A DNA stretch of 64,000 nt from Dicyema japonicum (taxonomy: Eukaryota > Animalia > Dicyemida), in contig RDEW01000055.1 of assembly GCA_011109175.1 (NCBI GenBank), forward strand, positions 15,516 to 79,515, given 5' to 3'. The first letter of the stretch is position 1; the number at the start of each line of letters is the position of its first letter. Position numbers and translations under genes: made by a program. Of this stretch, positions 1 through 11,797 are shown in pieces. The notes below the pieces were generated by a model. That model saw only the letters and a list, made by a program, of their open reading frames with translations, made no database searches and was not told the origin of the DNA.

Positions 1-880
1 ACCAAAGGGACGGAATATTCCCCACACAGCTTGGGCAGTTCAGGTATTCTATCAGCAATCACACAACAATAAAACGTGTCGGGAACTCGAGGGGCAAAGC
101 AGGAGGTTGTGGCGAGGACACAGTTTATCGACTGGGGGTCCATTCCAACCAGCAATTCTCTGAATTTGTCGAGATTTGTTGTCAGTTCGTCCCCATTTTT
201 GGTGAGTTCTACGACGACGGGAGTGAGTCCTCCGAGAGTAACTCAAATGTGGCCAACCCGCCGAGAGAATACACTTTAAACACGTCTTTTGGTCTATTCT
301 ACTCCACAGGACAAACTTCCCGGCTGGTCTATCCTGGCGGATTGCGGATAACACCAAATTGAGTGCCATCCCGGTTGCCAGTGGGACCACGAAAGCAAAT
401 TTGGTCTGCTTCATTCCTTCCCTGTCGAAATTGGAGAACAAACCAATATTTCGGATAATGTCGAGAGCAAATGAATTGCCCAGTTTCATGAGGAGTGAGG
501 ACCCGATTGCCTTGGGCTGCACGGCCGTGATATCCCCAGAACGGCCTATCCCGTGTGCCAGTCTATGTTAGGACATGGAACTGACCCGTAGTATCTATTG
601 CGGGCCATGATTGAGAGGAATCGGCCCTCTCTCTCGCCTATCCCACAGTGGGCCTCGAGGTTATTTGAGTCCATTAGTGACACTTCCCTCAAAAGTAGTT
701 CTATCTCCAAGTCAGACCACCTTTCACTGGGGACCTTTTTCTTACAAATTATGTTTCGAATATTACAGTTGTGAATAAAAGTGCAAATTTATTTTTTATT
801 GATTTTCGATTATCTTTGCTTTGAATGACATAACTCGCGGGAAGCATTTTGTAAAAATGATTTATCAATTCCTCATCCAT
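1..880 (-). CDS. SEPSECS: O-phosphoseryl-tRNA(Sec) selenium transferase (SepSecS); 3' end runs off the window
   Basis: Removing GT-AG introns 741-766 (26 nt), 563-585 (23), 417-443 (27), 230-257 (28) and 49-75 (27) gives MDEELINHFYKMLPASYVIQ...RWSDLEIELLLREVSLMDSNNLEAHCGIGEREGR...HGIGRSGDITAVQPKAIGSSLL...FVVPLATGMAL...WSRIDQKTC...TTSCFAPRVPD. This matches hallmark SepSecS motifs recalled from the human protein. Confidence 0.95.
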
Positions 881-1202
881 GCCTATACTATAAAGTTTAT
901 AGTAAGACCCACGTGAGTCACAAATATCTATTTTATAAAAAAAGTATTTAAATATGTTTAATTACATAACAATTTTGAGAATATTTTAATAAAAAAGTAC
1001 ATTTTTTTGAATTCTACAGGACCTGTCAAAGATTATGGATAGAATTGATGCAGGGAAGTTCTAATTTTATGAAAAAAAGTCTTTAAGCGATCAAATTATA
1101 CGAAAAATAAAATATATTATTACAGTTATATTATTTTTAATTACCGTTAAATAAAAACACTCCAAAATTAATATAAAATATTAATAACGTGCATATCAGG
1201 TT

Positions 1203-2725
1203 ATGGCTCGTGTCGTCAAAAAAAATAACGGAAAGGTATTTAATAACGGAAAGATCATATAATAGAATAAGCAACTCAAGAGTGTAAAGCAAAGCAACGT
1301 CAAATTTGGTGGAAAAAAGAATGTTGGAAATAGTTTGTCAATTCATAGAAGCCTCAAATGAAGCAAGTCAAAAAGAACAACTCAAAAAACTCTTCATTTA
1401 CCAGCAACCAAAGTGGTTCGAATAAAGGAAAGAAAGGGAAAGTGAAGTTCGCCCCAAACTCAAGCATTGACTCCAAAAAACGGTAAAGCCCGTTTAAACT
1501 AAACTAGCCTCAAAAATCATTTCAAAAGCAACAAAAAACTCCCCAAACATCAAAGGTAGGGTAACCACCTAAAATTCAGTCTTCCGTGTCTCAAAGGAAG
1601 GCTACACCTTTCCCAAAGAGCGGGAAAGCCAAAATTGTGGAAGAGGTGGAATCTGGTTCGGACGATTTGAGTCAATCGGACGTGTCATTCCAGAAAGTGA
1701 GGACCAAAGTGAGGGTTTCGAGGAGTCGGGGATGGACAGCATGGACGTATCCGAGGAGGAAGAGGTCCCTCCAGTTCAACCACCCAAAAAGCAAAAGTCA
1801 CAGCCGCAAAAAGTCGAAAAGATGAAAGTCGAGAGTCCGGTGACTAAGCCGGCCAACAAAACCGTCAAAAAAACCAGAGATGAGTGAGAAGGGTACAAAA
1901 CGGAAGAGGGAGGACGATTCTGAGCCTGTCCCTGTGACCGCGGAGGAGTTTACAATCCAGAACGACCAGAAACGTCTTTTGTGACAAATTTGCCTGGAAA
2001 TGTGACTGAGGGAGATCAAAGCACTCGACAAAAAATATTGTTGATTTTGTGATTTTGGCGGCATATCGTAAGAGGAAGTGGTATGTGGCGCCAGATATTT
2101 GTAGTTCGGTCATTTTGGTATTTCCGTCTGAGGCCGTGGTTGAGCGAGTCCTTCCGTTGTTGAAGGGGAAGAATGTCCGCGGAAATGAATTGGTGGCGGA
2201 CTATGTGGGGCACAAGAACAGCAAGCGAAAACCCGCAAGACAGTATTCCTTGTTTGGCTAGTGTAGTGGGCCCAATTGTGGATAATCGCCTGTATGTGGG
2301 CAATCTGGGAGAGCACTGCAATGAGGCCAGTCTGAAGGCCATTTTCACGACTGCCACCAAGATTTCAGTTCCCGTTAAACGAAGACATAAGTTGATTGTG
2401 TTTATCACTGATATAGTTTTGGATTCGTGGAGTTTGCTGATTTCCCGGCTGCATTGGAAGCCTTGAAGAAGCACAATTATTCCGTGTTTAAGGGGGAGAA
2501 GATGATTGTCCAGTTTGCACGGGCTAAGACTGAGGGGAACAACAAGCAGGATTCGTCTTCTAAAAGAGTGAAGGTGGAGGAATCGGAGAGTGAGGGGATT
2601 GTTGAGGAGAGTGGAGAGGATATTGGGACAGTGAGGATGATGTTGAGGAGAGTGATGATGAAATGGATGACGAGAGCGATGGTGGAGATGATTTGGAATC
2701 ATTCGACGATGAAGAGCAGGATTAA
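1203..2725 (+). CDS. Nucleolin-like RNA-binding protein (basic/acidic N-terminus, two RRMs, acidic tail)
   Basis: ATG at 1203; tiny introns (1236-1265, 2081-2104, 2243-2261, 2391-2416 and others). RNP motifs LFVTNLPGN, RLYVGNLGE and FGFVEF; D/E-rich tail ending TAA at 2723-2725. A few 1-nt homopolymer frameshifts must be assumed. Confidence 0.7.
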
Positions 2726-2908
2726 TCTCCTATCATTACTTGTTTCTTTTTTCACTGTACTTTACTTTTTGTGGTCGTTTTGGTGCTCCTTAATGAAAAC
2801 TATTTTGTAGGGCTGTATTGGCAATTCTTCTCCCCATTTATTTATGACTTATGTAATCTGAATCTATTTCGATACTATCCTTCTTTTATTCAAAACAGAT
2901 TCCGATAA

Positions 2909-3890
2909 TTAAGAAAAATAGGAAGGGAAGAGGTCACCCAGCCCCAGCGGATAGAATCGCTTGGCTGTTCCCTCGATGACCGCCAATGAGAGACGCTGAA
3001 ACAGCCATTGGGTCTCGCGAGGGTCCTTCGTGCACGCAGAGAGCAGAGATCAAAGATCCGAGCCGCCTGACGAAAGAGAGAGTAGATGGTCCAAAAATTC
3101 CGGAAGTTTCACGACTATCGGCTGGACGATAAAGTCTTTTCTGAGTTTTTGGTATTTCGTTAACTTTGTTCTTTCTTACCCCCTTACCACTGACCCCGGG
3201 TCGGAAGCCGAGTTAACAAGATTGGACTGCGAGAAAGTGTCGATACTTCCACATTCCCATGCTAGACATTTACTTTTCAGGAAAGGGAAGAACGAAACAC
3301 CATCTGGGCGTTTTCCATTTTCGCGAAATAGCCCGGGGGTTCCAGTGAGCTGAAATGCCCACAGAGTCTAGGGCGTTCTTAATGATTCCGTTGAGCGCTC
3401 TATGTCTTGGGAAGCTATCAGTACTGCACCTGAAAGAGAGAGCATGCCTGCCCAGTTCATCCACAGTTGATCCACATTTGCATAAGTGTGGAGAGCATAT
3501 TCTCAAACATAGATGTAAGCATAAACAAACACGTAAAATCTCATTATCAAACATGCAACCAACCGACGGAAGTGGGCAGGCTTTGAGCCAGGACCCAGAT
3601 TGTGTCTGAGCAGCATTTCTCAAGCAAGCAAGTTGGTTCTGGTTCAAAGAAAATTCCAGAGATCCATATAAGGACTTGCACAGAATTATCCCAGTGCTTC
3701 TGAGAAGAGGTGAGGCCGGAACCTCGAGTCCTCTGTCTTGCCAGATTTTGAGACCCATACGCAGCCAGGTAGACGTCTTAAGTTCGAAAGAAAGGGGAGG
3801 GAGAACGACGTCGACAAGGAAAAAACACATATTTCGGGAGGACAAGTACGTGGGGTAAAGCGACATCCGCAGGTGAGCTCAGACCGATCA
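2909..3890 (-). mobile_element. CRE-clade non-LTR retrotransposon, 3' part (CCHC + RLE endonuclease), degraded
   Basis: QSGSWL, PHLCKCGSTVDELGRHALS, RHRALNGII, RPDG-like and RxWFxERLSLAVIxGN-type motifs; pyrimidine-rich 3' end. Left boundary by eye. Confidence 0.85.
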
Positions 3891-3929
3891 TCCTTCTTTA
3901 ATTTCAACACTCGTGGTTGTTCGAGAGTT

Positions 3930-4330
3930 TTAAGAATAAATATTCCGCGCGTAATGCATCGACCCAAAGGCAGACAAACAAAGATTATATTTACTAAAGG
4001 ACAAATTGGAACGGTTTCCTAAGTTTATAAGCAATAAAACTGAACATGTCGAAGGGGGAAAAATGCGCGATACGACCTGTCACCAAGCGAACTGGGAATT
4101 CTATAAAGTAGACGTTAAGATAATCCATATGTTACTTACATGTGACGGTATTGTCTCCACGTTCTACAAGGGCCACCTCAATTCCCTTGGATTAGAAAAA
4201 GAAACGAAGGCTTATTTATATACAGTCGTGCTGCGGAAGACCCTAGAAAGTATAAAAATGGACAATATCACGGATTATCTATTCCTCTCTACGAAGAAAA
4301 GTCTGATAAAATACAACTGAAAGACAACTC
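3930..4330 (+). mobile_element. R4/Dong-like RLE retrotransposon 3' fragment
   Basis: VKIIHMLLTCDGIVS...AYLYTVVLRKTLE, homologous to the 25782-26243 and 11040-11153 ends. Confidence 0.6.
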
Positions 4331-4869
4331 GGAATTTCCCTTGCGAATTGATAGTCCGATAGACAAGTGTCCAATCTGCCTTCTCTGGATGGCTCTATGA
4401 GAAGAAGGTTGTGCACACAGTCGACAGACAAATATTGAAAATTTAATGTTATATAATGATGCTATGATTTTGTGTTCGATTTAAAATTAATTTCCAGTCA
4501 GTTCAATCAAGAAAACTTTAGAGAAAAGATTATTGAACATTGACATACTACCAATGACAGGCCAACAAGCAAAACAAGTTGGAGTGATCATCTATATCTG
4601 TATTTGCCTGAGAAGCATAAGTTGTAACAATCTTTAGAGCTCTGAAAGCTTCTGAAAGATTAACTCTTTTCTCATTAGATTCCTCTTCAATAATTGTTCC
4701 TAAGTTTATTATTAAACAAAATCACTAACTGATTGAACTCTTTTTGACTGTAATGTATCAGCTTGTTCAGATTTTTCTAAAAATTCCATTAGTTCTTTAT
4801 TTCAGTATATCCATAATCAACGGCTTTAAAGCATTTTATAATTCTTTGATCCATTGGTTGCAAGACCGA

Positions 4870-7308
4870 GGAAGTTCTAGGAGGCANAGGGGGAAAGAAG
4901 AGAAATCACTTACTTCATTAGTAAAAGAGAATGTCCACACATTCTTCTCAAAACCTATTGGCAGACTCAGAAAAGCCCACCTACAAATCCCAAAACCATG
5001 AGAAAGCCAACATCGGCTATCTCGGACACTCAGAGATTAAGAAGTGCGATCCGTCGAAAACTTTCGGAAGGTGGAATCCGTGCTGCAGTGAGGATCCTTG
5101 CAGATCAAAACTGTATAATTGAGCCGTCTGAACAGTCCTACGCATACTTGTTGAGCGCACCCAAGTCTCCCAACGACCACCGGGTTCCCCTTGCCCAGGA
5201 CAATCACCCAATCTCTTGTCTCTGAAGAGGACATAAAAGATGGATCCTCTCTGTCGTCCGAGCAGCAGTGGTGGACTAGATAGGCTCCGTCCGGGTCACT
5301 CAAAGATCATTGCTCATAACACGGGCAACTCTGGTGTCCGGCTCGTGCTGGCTATCACCAAACTAATGAACAGGATGCTATCAGGGATACTGCCAGAAAC
5401 AATTCGACACGTAATGTTCTCCGCCAAATTAATCGCATTCGACAAGAAGGGAGAGAGAATACTCCCTATTGCTATTGGCCTGGTCTTTCGTCGGTTGGCC
5501 TCGAAGCTTGTAGGCAGAGCAATCCTGCCTACGTTGACAACACATACTACCCAAGTAGGGGTCGGCACACCTGGGGGCTGTGAAGCGGCAGTTCACGCTA
5601 TCCGAACATTCACCGAAAAGAACGAGAACATTCCTTTCGTAATCGTCAAAATTGACATTAAAAATGCCTTCAACTCGATACGACGCTACAATTCATAGCT
5701 TCATACGTGAAATATTCATCGTGTCTGGTGCACGGCCAATATTACATCCATCGTCTTCTGGAGTCCAACAAGGAGAGACCCACTGGGGCCTGCCTGTTCA
5801 GCCTAGGAATTGCCCGTGTCACAGATATTGTTCCACCCCTGAGGGTATGGTATTTGAGTGATTGCACCATGGGCGGCCATCCGAAGGATGTACTAGACTG
5901 CCTGAAAAGTCTGATAGCCCAATTGGAATCCCTATGCCTAACCCTAAACACCAATAAGTGTGAAGTTATCAATTTTGGATTTCCGCAGCCTGAATGGGAC
6001 TTGATTCCTTGATATGTTCAGAGTGGTCATTCCTAAAGCCACAGAAACCAGATCAGAACAACTAGAAATACTTGGATGCCCTCTTACTGATGCTGGAATC
6101 AGTAACTCTCAATAACAGAACATCAACTAAAAAACAACATTCAGACGTCTGGAGATGCTGGACGCACATATCTCCCTTTTTCTGCTAAGAAACGCATTGT
6201 CAGCACAGAAGCTGAATTACGTTCTTCGGGGGAACCCTGATACCTGAAAATGCAACAGCTCGACGATATGGATTGTCTCTTCCGGACCACCATTGAACAC
6301 ATCACCAATATGAAATTTGACGACCAATAATTTATTCATTCAAATCTCAATTTACGAATATTAAACTAAACAGTATCATTCAAAAAATTGAAGCTTGGAC
6401 ATGATCTGTTATTGGTCTATGAAGATCCGTTATTGGTCTGAAATTGACGAAAACGCCCTAAACTGTCTTGATGTGATAGGAAGCAGGATGAGAAAAGCAA
6501 ATAAAAAACTAAGATTGATGACTTTTTTGTTAAAATAAAATAATTTGTTAAATTTTATATTTGAAAATAAATTATAAACTATTTGATGCTTATTAATTAT
6601 AATTACTCCCAATTCCAATACGGGAGTCATTGATGTATTAGATGTTCACTATTAATAGGAATGAACCCAAACTAACAATTCGGTCGCCCAAGAACACACG
6701 AGGAACAAAAACTGCGTATTGAATATTTTAAAACATTAGAGAATAATTGTCGTGGAGGTTATTTCGGAGATGGCAAAGACATTCGTTGTGTCCCGTAGTG
6801 GAACACACGAGGTCACTCACGATGTCTTTGCCATCGGATCTGGAGAACTGCATGTCGCCAATTACATAGCATGGTATATATTTTAGAAATTAATATTCTG
6901 AATATTGAATAGACAGAGATCTCTTAAAGCTGCCGTGAAAAATCGCTCATAACTGGCCTTGAGTATGCAGCGGTTCATACTTTTCTCCAACTCGTTTGGG
7001 ACGCCACATGCGTGGACACCTTTTCTGGAACGCGGGTGCTGACGTCGGCACACTCGCCGGGAGACGCTGCAGACAAGGCCGAGATTGCAAAGATGAGGAA
7101 ATACGAATCCTTATAAAGAACTATTTTTTTGTACCGGATCGCCATTGAGACTTCGGGTCATGGGAACAATGACTAACACTTTTTCTTGCAAATATTGGAC
7201 AAAAGGTTGCGAAGAAAAGTAATGAACCCCGCGAAAGGGCTTTGGCTGAGACAGAGGCTTGAAATGGCAGTGATCAGAGGGAACGCTCACGCCATCATGA
7301 CCTCTTAG
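4870..7308 (+). mobile_element. CRE-clade retrotransposon (RT + RLE), frameshifted and interrupted at about 6330-6900
   Basis: IRRKLSEGGIRAAVRIL, GGLDRLRPGH, QVGVGTPGGCEAAVHAIR, IDIKNAFNSIRR, GVQQG, WYLSDCT; later [12 protein letters not shown] and LRQRLEMAVIRGN. Confidence 0.85.
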
Positions 7309-8329
7309 TTAAATTTCTCAGAGTTTTAAAATAAAAGGGAATAATTAAAATAGAAAAGAAAGACCCATTCCACGTCTCGTACAAACCAATTTTAATAAAC
7401 ATGAAAATAAATAAAAAAAATGTTCGTGTATAAAATCCAAAAAGTATTAATGAAAAAAATTAAAGGTTAAGATGAAAAAAGATTAAATTATTGTCAAAAT
7501 AATATCAATTCGATTACAGAATATCGAATATTATAAGAAATTCTGTAAGTCAACAATATATTTAATCAGTTTGAATACAACAACAAACCAGTCACATAAA
7601 AAAATAAATTTGAATTATAAATACAACAATGTACAACAAGAAAACTAACCCGAGTCGTAACGTGGTTATCTTATTACATTTGGTTTTCCAGATAAAATTA
7701 ACTATAATAAAATTAATATTTTATTATAATATAATTTAAATTATTCATTTCTGAATTTGAACTCATGGGGGGACTATCGTGAAACAGAGAGAACTGGAAG
7801 CGATTAACAAAACGCATCCAGGAAAGGGTGGCACGAGCGAGATAGCTTTGCTAATAGTTCTAAATTAACTACTTCAATTTGGTTTTTTTAATAAATTGTA
7901 AATTTAATTTTTCTTAAAACTTTTCGTTTATCATTGGTAACAAGAACATGTGAGAACCTATTTTTTTTTTTGAGCAAATTCATCATCGACTAGATCAGTC
8001 GCAGATTGACTGATTAAATGTTTTGTTTTTGATGTTGAATTCAAAACATAAATCAAAGAAACATTGAAAGACGTTATCATGTCCCCTCAAATAATTTGCG
8101 AGATATAATACCCTGTGTTGCACAACCTAACATCTCACGACGCAGCTCAAGAAATTTCTGAAAATTTTTTAGATAATAAACTAATTTTTAAAGATTTTTT
8201 AATTTGATAAAGAAGCTTAAAATAATAAATGTTAATGTTTGAAAACGGCTCAAATTTTAGCGCTAAAAATCATATATCTTTTAATATAGAATTTATTGAA
8301 AAAAATTATTTAAAACTAAAAAACCTTTA

Positions 8330-8490
8330 TCTAAAATAGCGGTAAAGGAGACTTGGAATCCATTAGCTCCCAAAATCCTACCCGCACACATACATTTTAC
8401 GACAAGACCAGACTAAATTGACTAACGTGAAGCTATATTCAATTACTTGTAACGGTAAAGAAGAATTTGCGTAGAAATATTAACTATTAT
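8330..8490 (+). mobile_element. Possible Tc1/mariner C-terminal remnant
   Basis: AVKETWNPLAPK-like reading resembling the Tc1 transposase C-terminus; highly degraded. Confidence 0.3.
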
Positions 8491-8502
8491 AATTATTAAT
8501 CA

Positions 8503-8780
8503 AATAATTAAGAAAAGAGAAGAAGGGAAGAGGCCACTCAGCCCCAGCCAAGTTAACGAGATTGGACTGGAAAAAAGTGTAGGTTCATGCACAGTCCCAT
8601 GCTAAACATTTACCCTTCAGGAAAGGGAAGAACGTAGCACCGTTCGAAAGAAAGGGAAAGAACAACGTCAACAAGGGAAGCACACATATTTCGGAAAAAC
8701 AAATACGTGGGTAAAGCGACATCCGCAGGTGAGCGTAAACCGATTCCCCCAAATTGGACCGGGAGAATTGCGTGCTTCCT
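8503..8780 (-). mobile_element. Internally deleted short copy of the CRE family at 2909-3890
   Basis: Three colinear blocks match about 2909-2950, 3208-3296 and 3786-3880. Confidence 0.8.
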
Positions 8781-8944
8781 TGACCTTTTTTCCACTTGAT
8801 TTTTTGTCCGCTTGACTTTCTTTCCGCATACCAACTTCTTTCTTTACTTTCTTTCCGGGCTGCGAGGTCAATGCTTAAAATGCAAAATAATATTTTTTCA
8901 GAAAACTTATTATATAGTTTTATTTTAATTATTAATTATAAAAT

Positions 8945-10760
8945 ATGGTTCTAGTGGAATTAATACGTGAAACAATTGAAAAAATTAAGATTTTCACTGA
9001 ATCCGGACTACTCGATGAATTCATTGACTGGAGGGAAAGGGCAAAAATCAAACGATACGCCGAAAGTTTTAGTTTCATGGAATCCGCAGCCTACATTACT
9101 AAAAATGGTCGGAGTTGCGATTCTTTTGTATTGAGGAAGCTGAATTAAAGCTAAAATACATTGAAGTTTGATATTTGCCGTTGTGAAGTTGCTACTGTGG
9201 TATCTAAATGCGTTTATTGTCAGGTTAATTATTAATTTTAACATGTTAGTCTAAACGAATGCTTGCGACTAAACCTGTAATTACGCCTATCATTGCTTAT
9301 GGACCGAGAGACCGATACATCGTAGATCTTGTCGATTTAAGGCGATATTCTGCACAAAATGAAAATTATTCCTGGGTTATTATTTTTGAGTATAATCAAC
9401 AGATACTTGTTTTAATTGATTCTTTTTCTAAATTCGGATTAGTAGAAAGTGCCGTTAGCAAATCTGCAAATGAGATTTGCCGAATTCTGGATGGAATTTT
9501 TTGCATAATTGGATCTCCGATTATTCTACATACCGATAATGGAAAGGAATTTAAAAATTCCCATATGGAACAACTTTGCGAAAGATACAATATTTCTCAT
9601 GTTTCTGGACGGCCACGAGCTCCATGGATACAGGGACAGGTCGAACGCTATTTTTTGTTGTTTAATCCAGATAGATTTAATCAGTCAATAAAACGATGGA
9701 TATCATCCTCTAGTGCAGCGATTCCCAACCGGGGTGCCGCGAGATTTTTAATAATTTAAAATTTAAAATGACTCATTTTTAAATAAAAAGAGAATATTCG
9801 GCAAATAGATGATTCCTTCAAGTTTGACATTAATTTTCTACTATCAAAAATCTCTTACAATTGTTGACTTTTTAGAAAAAAACAAAGTTTTTTTAAGGAT
9901 TTTCATCATTGTTCAATTTAAAATCAGTTCATCGTGTGAGACTGAATGTTGTGCATGATATTCAGGTGTGTCTTCCGTAAAAGGATCCAGAAATAGAAAG
10001 ATATGTCGTTGGGAAACAACACTTTGGATTTACATTGAATGGAGATTGTACATTGCCACTACCAAGGTGTATTGTATGCAGTAAAATTCTTTCAAATGAT
10101 GGAATGGTCCGTCTAAGACGAAAGAAAAGGCATTTAGCCACTATGCATTTTCATTTAAAAAATCATATAAATCATCATATTTCAAGAACATGTTAAAATT
10201 TACAGACTCAAAGTGCCACATTCGTTAAAGCACATTAGTTATCATATTAGTTATCATAATTAACTTTTTGTGATTAAAAAAGCATTTCTAACTAGTATGT
10301 GCCGCGAGAAAAAAAACCCTGGTTATAGGTGCCGCGAGCACAAAAAGGTTGGGAAACGCTGCTCTAGTGCATCGAGAGGCAATTTTGGATGTTATATCCA
10401 TTTGATAAAAGGCATTGTTCGTGATTACAACAATGCAATCCACGACACAACAAAGCAAAGACCATTTGAAATTTTTTTCAATGTGGATCTTTCAAAAAAA
10501 TATGAAAAAACAGAATTGGAAGCACTATTCAATTTTGACGGCCAAAATGATAAGAGGAGGAAATCTATTCTACTTCGCTTCAAAAAATTTGGAGGGCAAG
10601 AAAAACGAAAAATTGTCCTCGCAAATATTATTAAATCGGGCGAAAAAATGAAAAACCGTAGAAGAATGGAAGTACGACGAAATTGAACATGGTGATGAAG
10701 TCTTAATACGTCACGACGGGGACGCAAACGTAGCTAATAGAAAAATATCCCCTATACGAC
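8945..10760 (+). mobile_element. Gypsy-type DDE integrase (Ginger/TDD, KRBA2/SCAND3-like) gene with tiny introns, disrupted by a hAT insertion
   Basis: RDRYIVDLVDL, LIDSFSKFG, ILHTDNGKEF, GRPRAPWIQGQVERFNQSIKRW, resuming after 10369 with VRDYNNAIHDTTKQRPFE. Introns at 9376-9402 and 9648-9674. Confidence 0.8.
9716..10361 (+). mobile_element. Non-autonomous hAT (Buster-type), 646 bp
   Basis: TIR CAGCG(A/T)TTCCCAACC; 8-bp TSD CTCTAGTG at 9708-9715 and 10362-10369; subterminal GTGCCGCG; internal remnant PRCIVCSKILSNDGM. Confidence 0.9.
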
Positions 10761-11039
10761 CAAGTTTCAACGAAAAGATATAAAGTAACAAACACTGATG
10801 GAGAGATGATCACTATTGATGAAGAAATAGAAAAAAACACTGTACATATAAGCCGGGTCAAGAAGTTGTGATAATTTTAATTTTCTTAATTTTTTGATTT
10901 TGTTTTTTAAAAAATGTATCAAACATGGCTTTACTTTCAGCAAGTCGTCTGATGCCGGAGTGCAATTTTGGTTTTTTATGAGCAAATTAATTTAGAAAGA
11001 AATGAAAGTTAACACAAAAATATGTTCTATTTTAATGCC

Positions 11040-11153
11040 GCTTCACGGATCGCGGACATACATCCAATCAGTTGTGCTAAAGAGGACGCTAGAAGAGTAT
11101 GCTCATCGAACACAGACACGGGATGAAGTAGACAACGAGGAGTACGCCCTGCC
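11040..11153 (+). mobile_element. R4-like retrotransposon 3' fragment
   Basis: YIQSVVLKRTLEE, homologous to the C-terminus at 25782-26243. Confidence 0.5.
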
Positions 11154-11797
11154 NNNNNNNNNNNNNNNNNNNNNNNNNNNNNNNNNNNNNNNNNNNNNNN
11201 NNNNNNNNNNNNNNNNNNNNNNNNNNNNNNNNNNNNNNNNNNNNNNNNNNNNNNNNNNNNNNNNNNNNNNNNNNNNNNNNNNNNNNNNNNNNNNNNNNNN
11301 NNNNNNNNNNNNNNNNNNNNNNNNNNNNNNNNNNNNNNNNNNNNNNNNNNNNNNNNNNNNNNNNNNNNNNNNNNNNNNNNNNNNNNNNNNNNNNNNNNNN
11401 NNNNNNNNNNNNNNNNNNNNNNNNNNNNNNNNNNNNNNNNNNNNNNNNNNNNNNNNNNNNNNNNNNNNNNNNNNNNNNNNNNNNNNNNNNNNNNNNNNNN
11501 NNNNNNNNNNNNNNNNNNNNNNNNNNNNNNNNNNNNNNNNNNNNNNNNNNNNNNNNNNNNNNNNNNNNNNNNNNNNNNNNNNNNNNNNNNNNNNNNNNNN
11601 NNNNNNNNNNNNNNNNNNNNNNNNNNNNNNNNNNNNNNNNNNNNNNNNNNNNNNNNNNNNNNNNNNNNNNNNNNNNNNNNNNNNNNNNNNNNNNNNNNNN
11701 NNNNNNNNNNNNNNNNNNNNNNNNNNNNNNNNNNNNNNNNNNNNNNNNNNNNNNNNNNNNNNNNNNNNNNNNNNNNNNNNNNNNNNNNNNNNNNNNN

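Noticed and set aside
1586-2725. Pseudogene status of the nucleolin-like and LRRC63-like genes
   Set aside because: Most frame breaks are introns or 1-nt differences in homopolymers, consistent with sequencing error. Not resolvable without reads.
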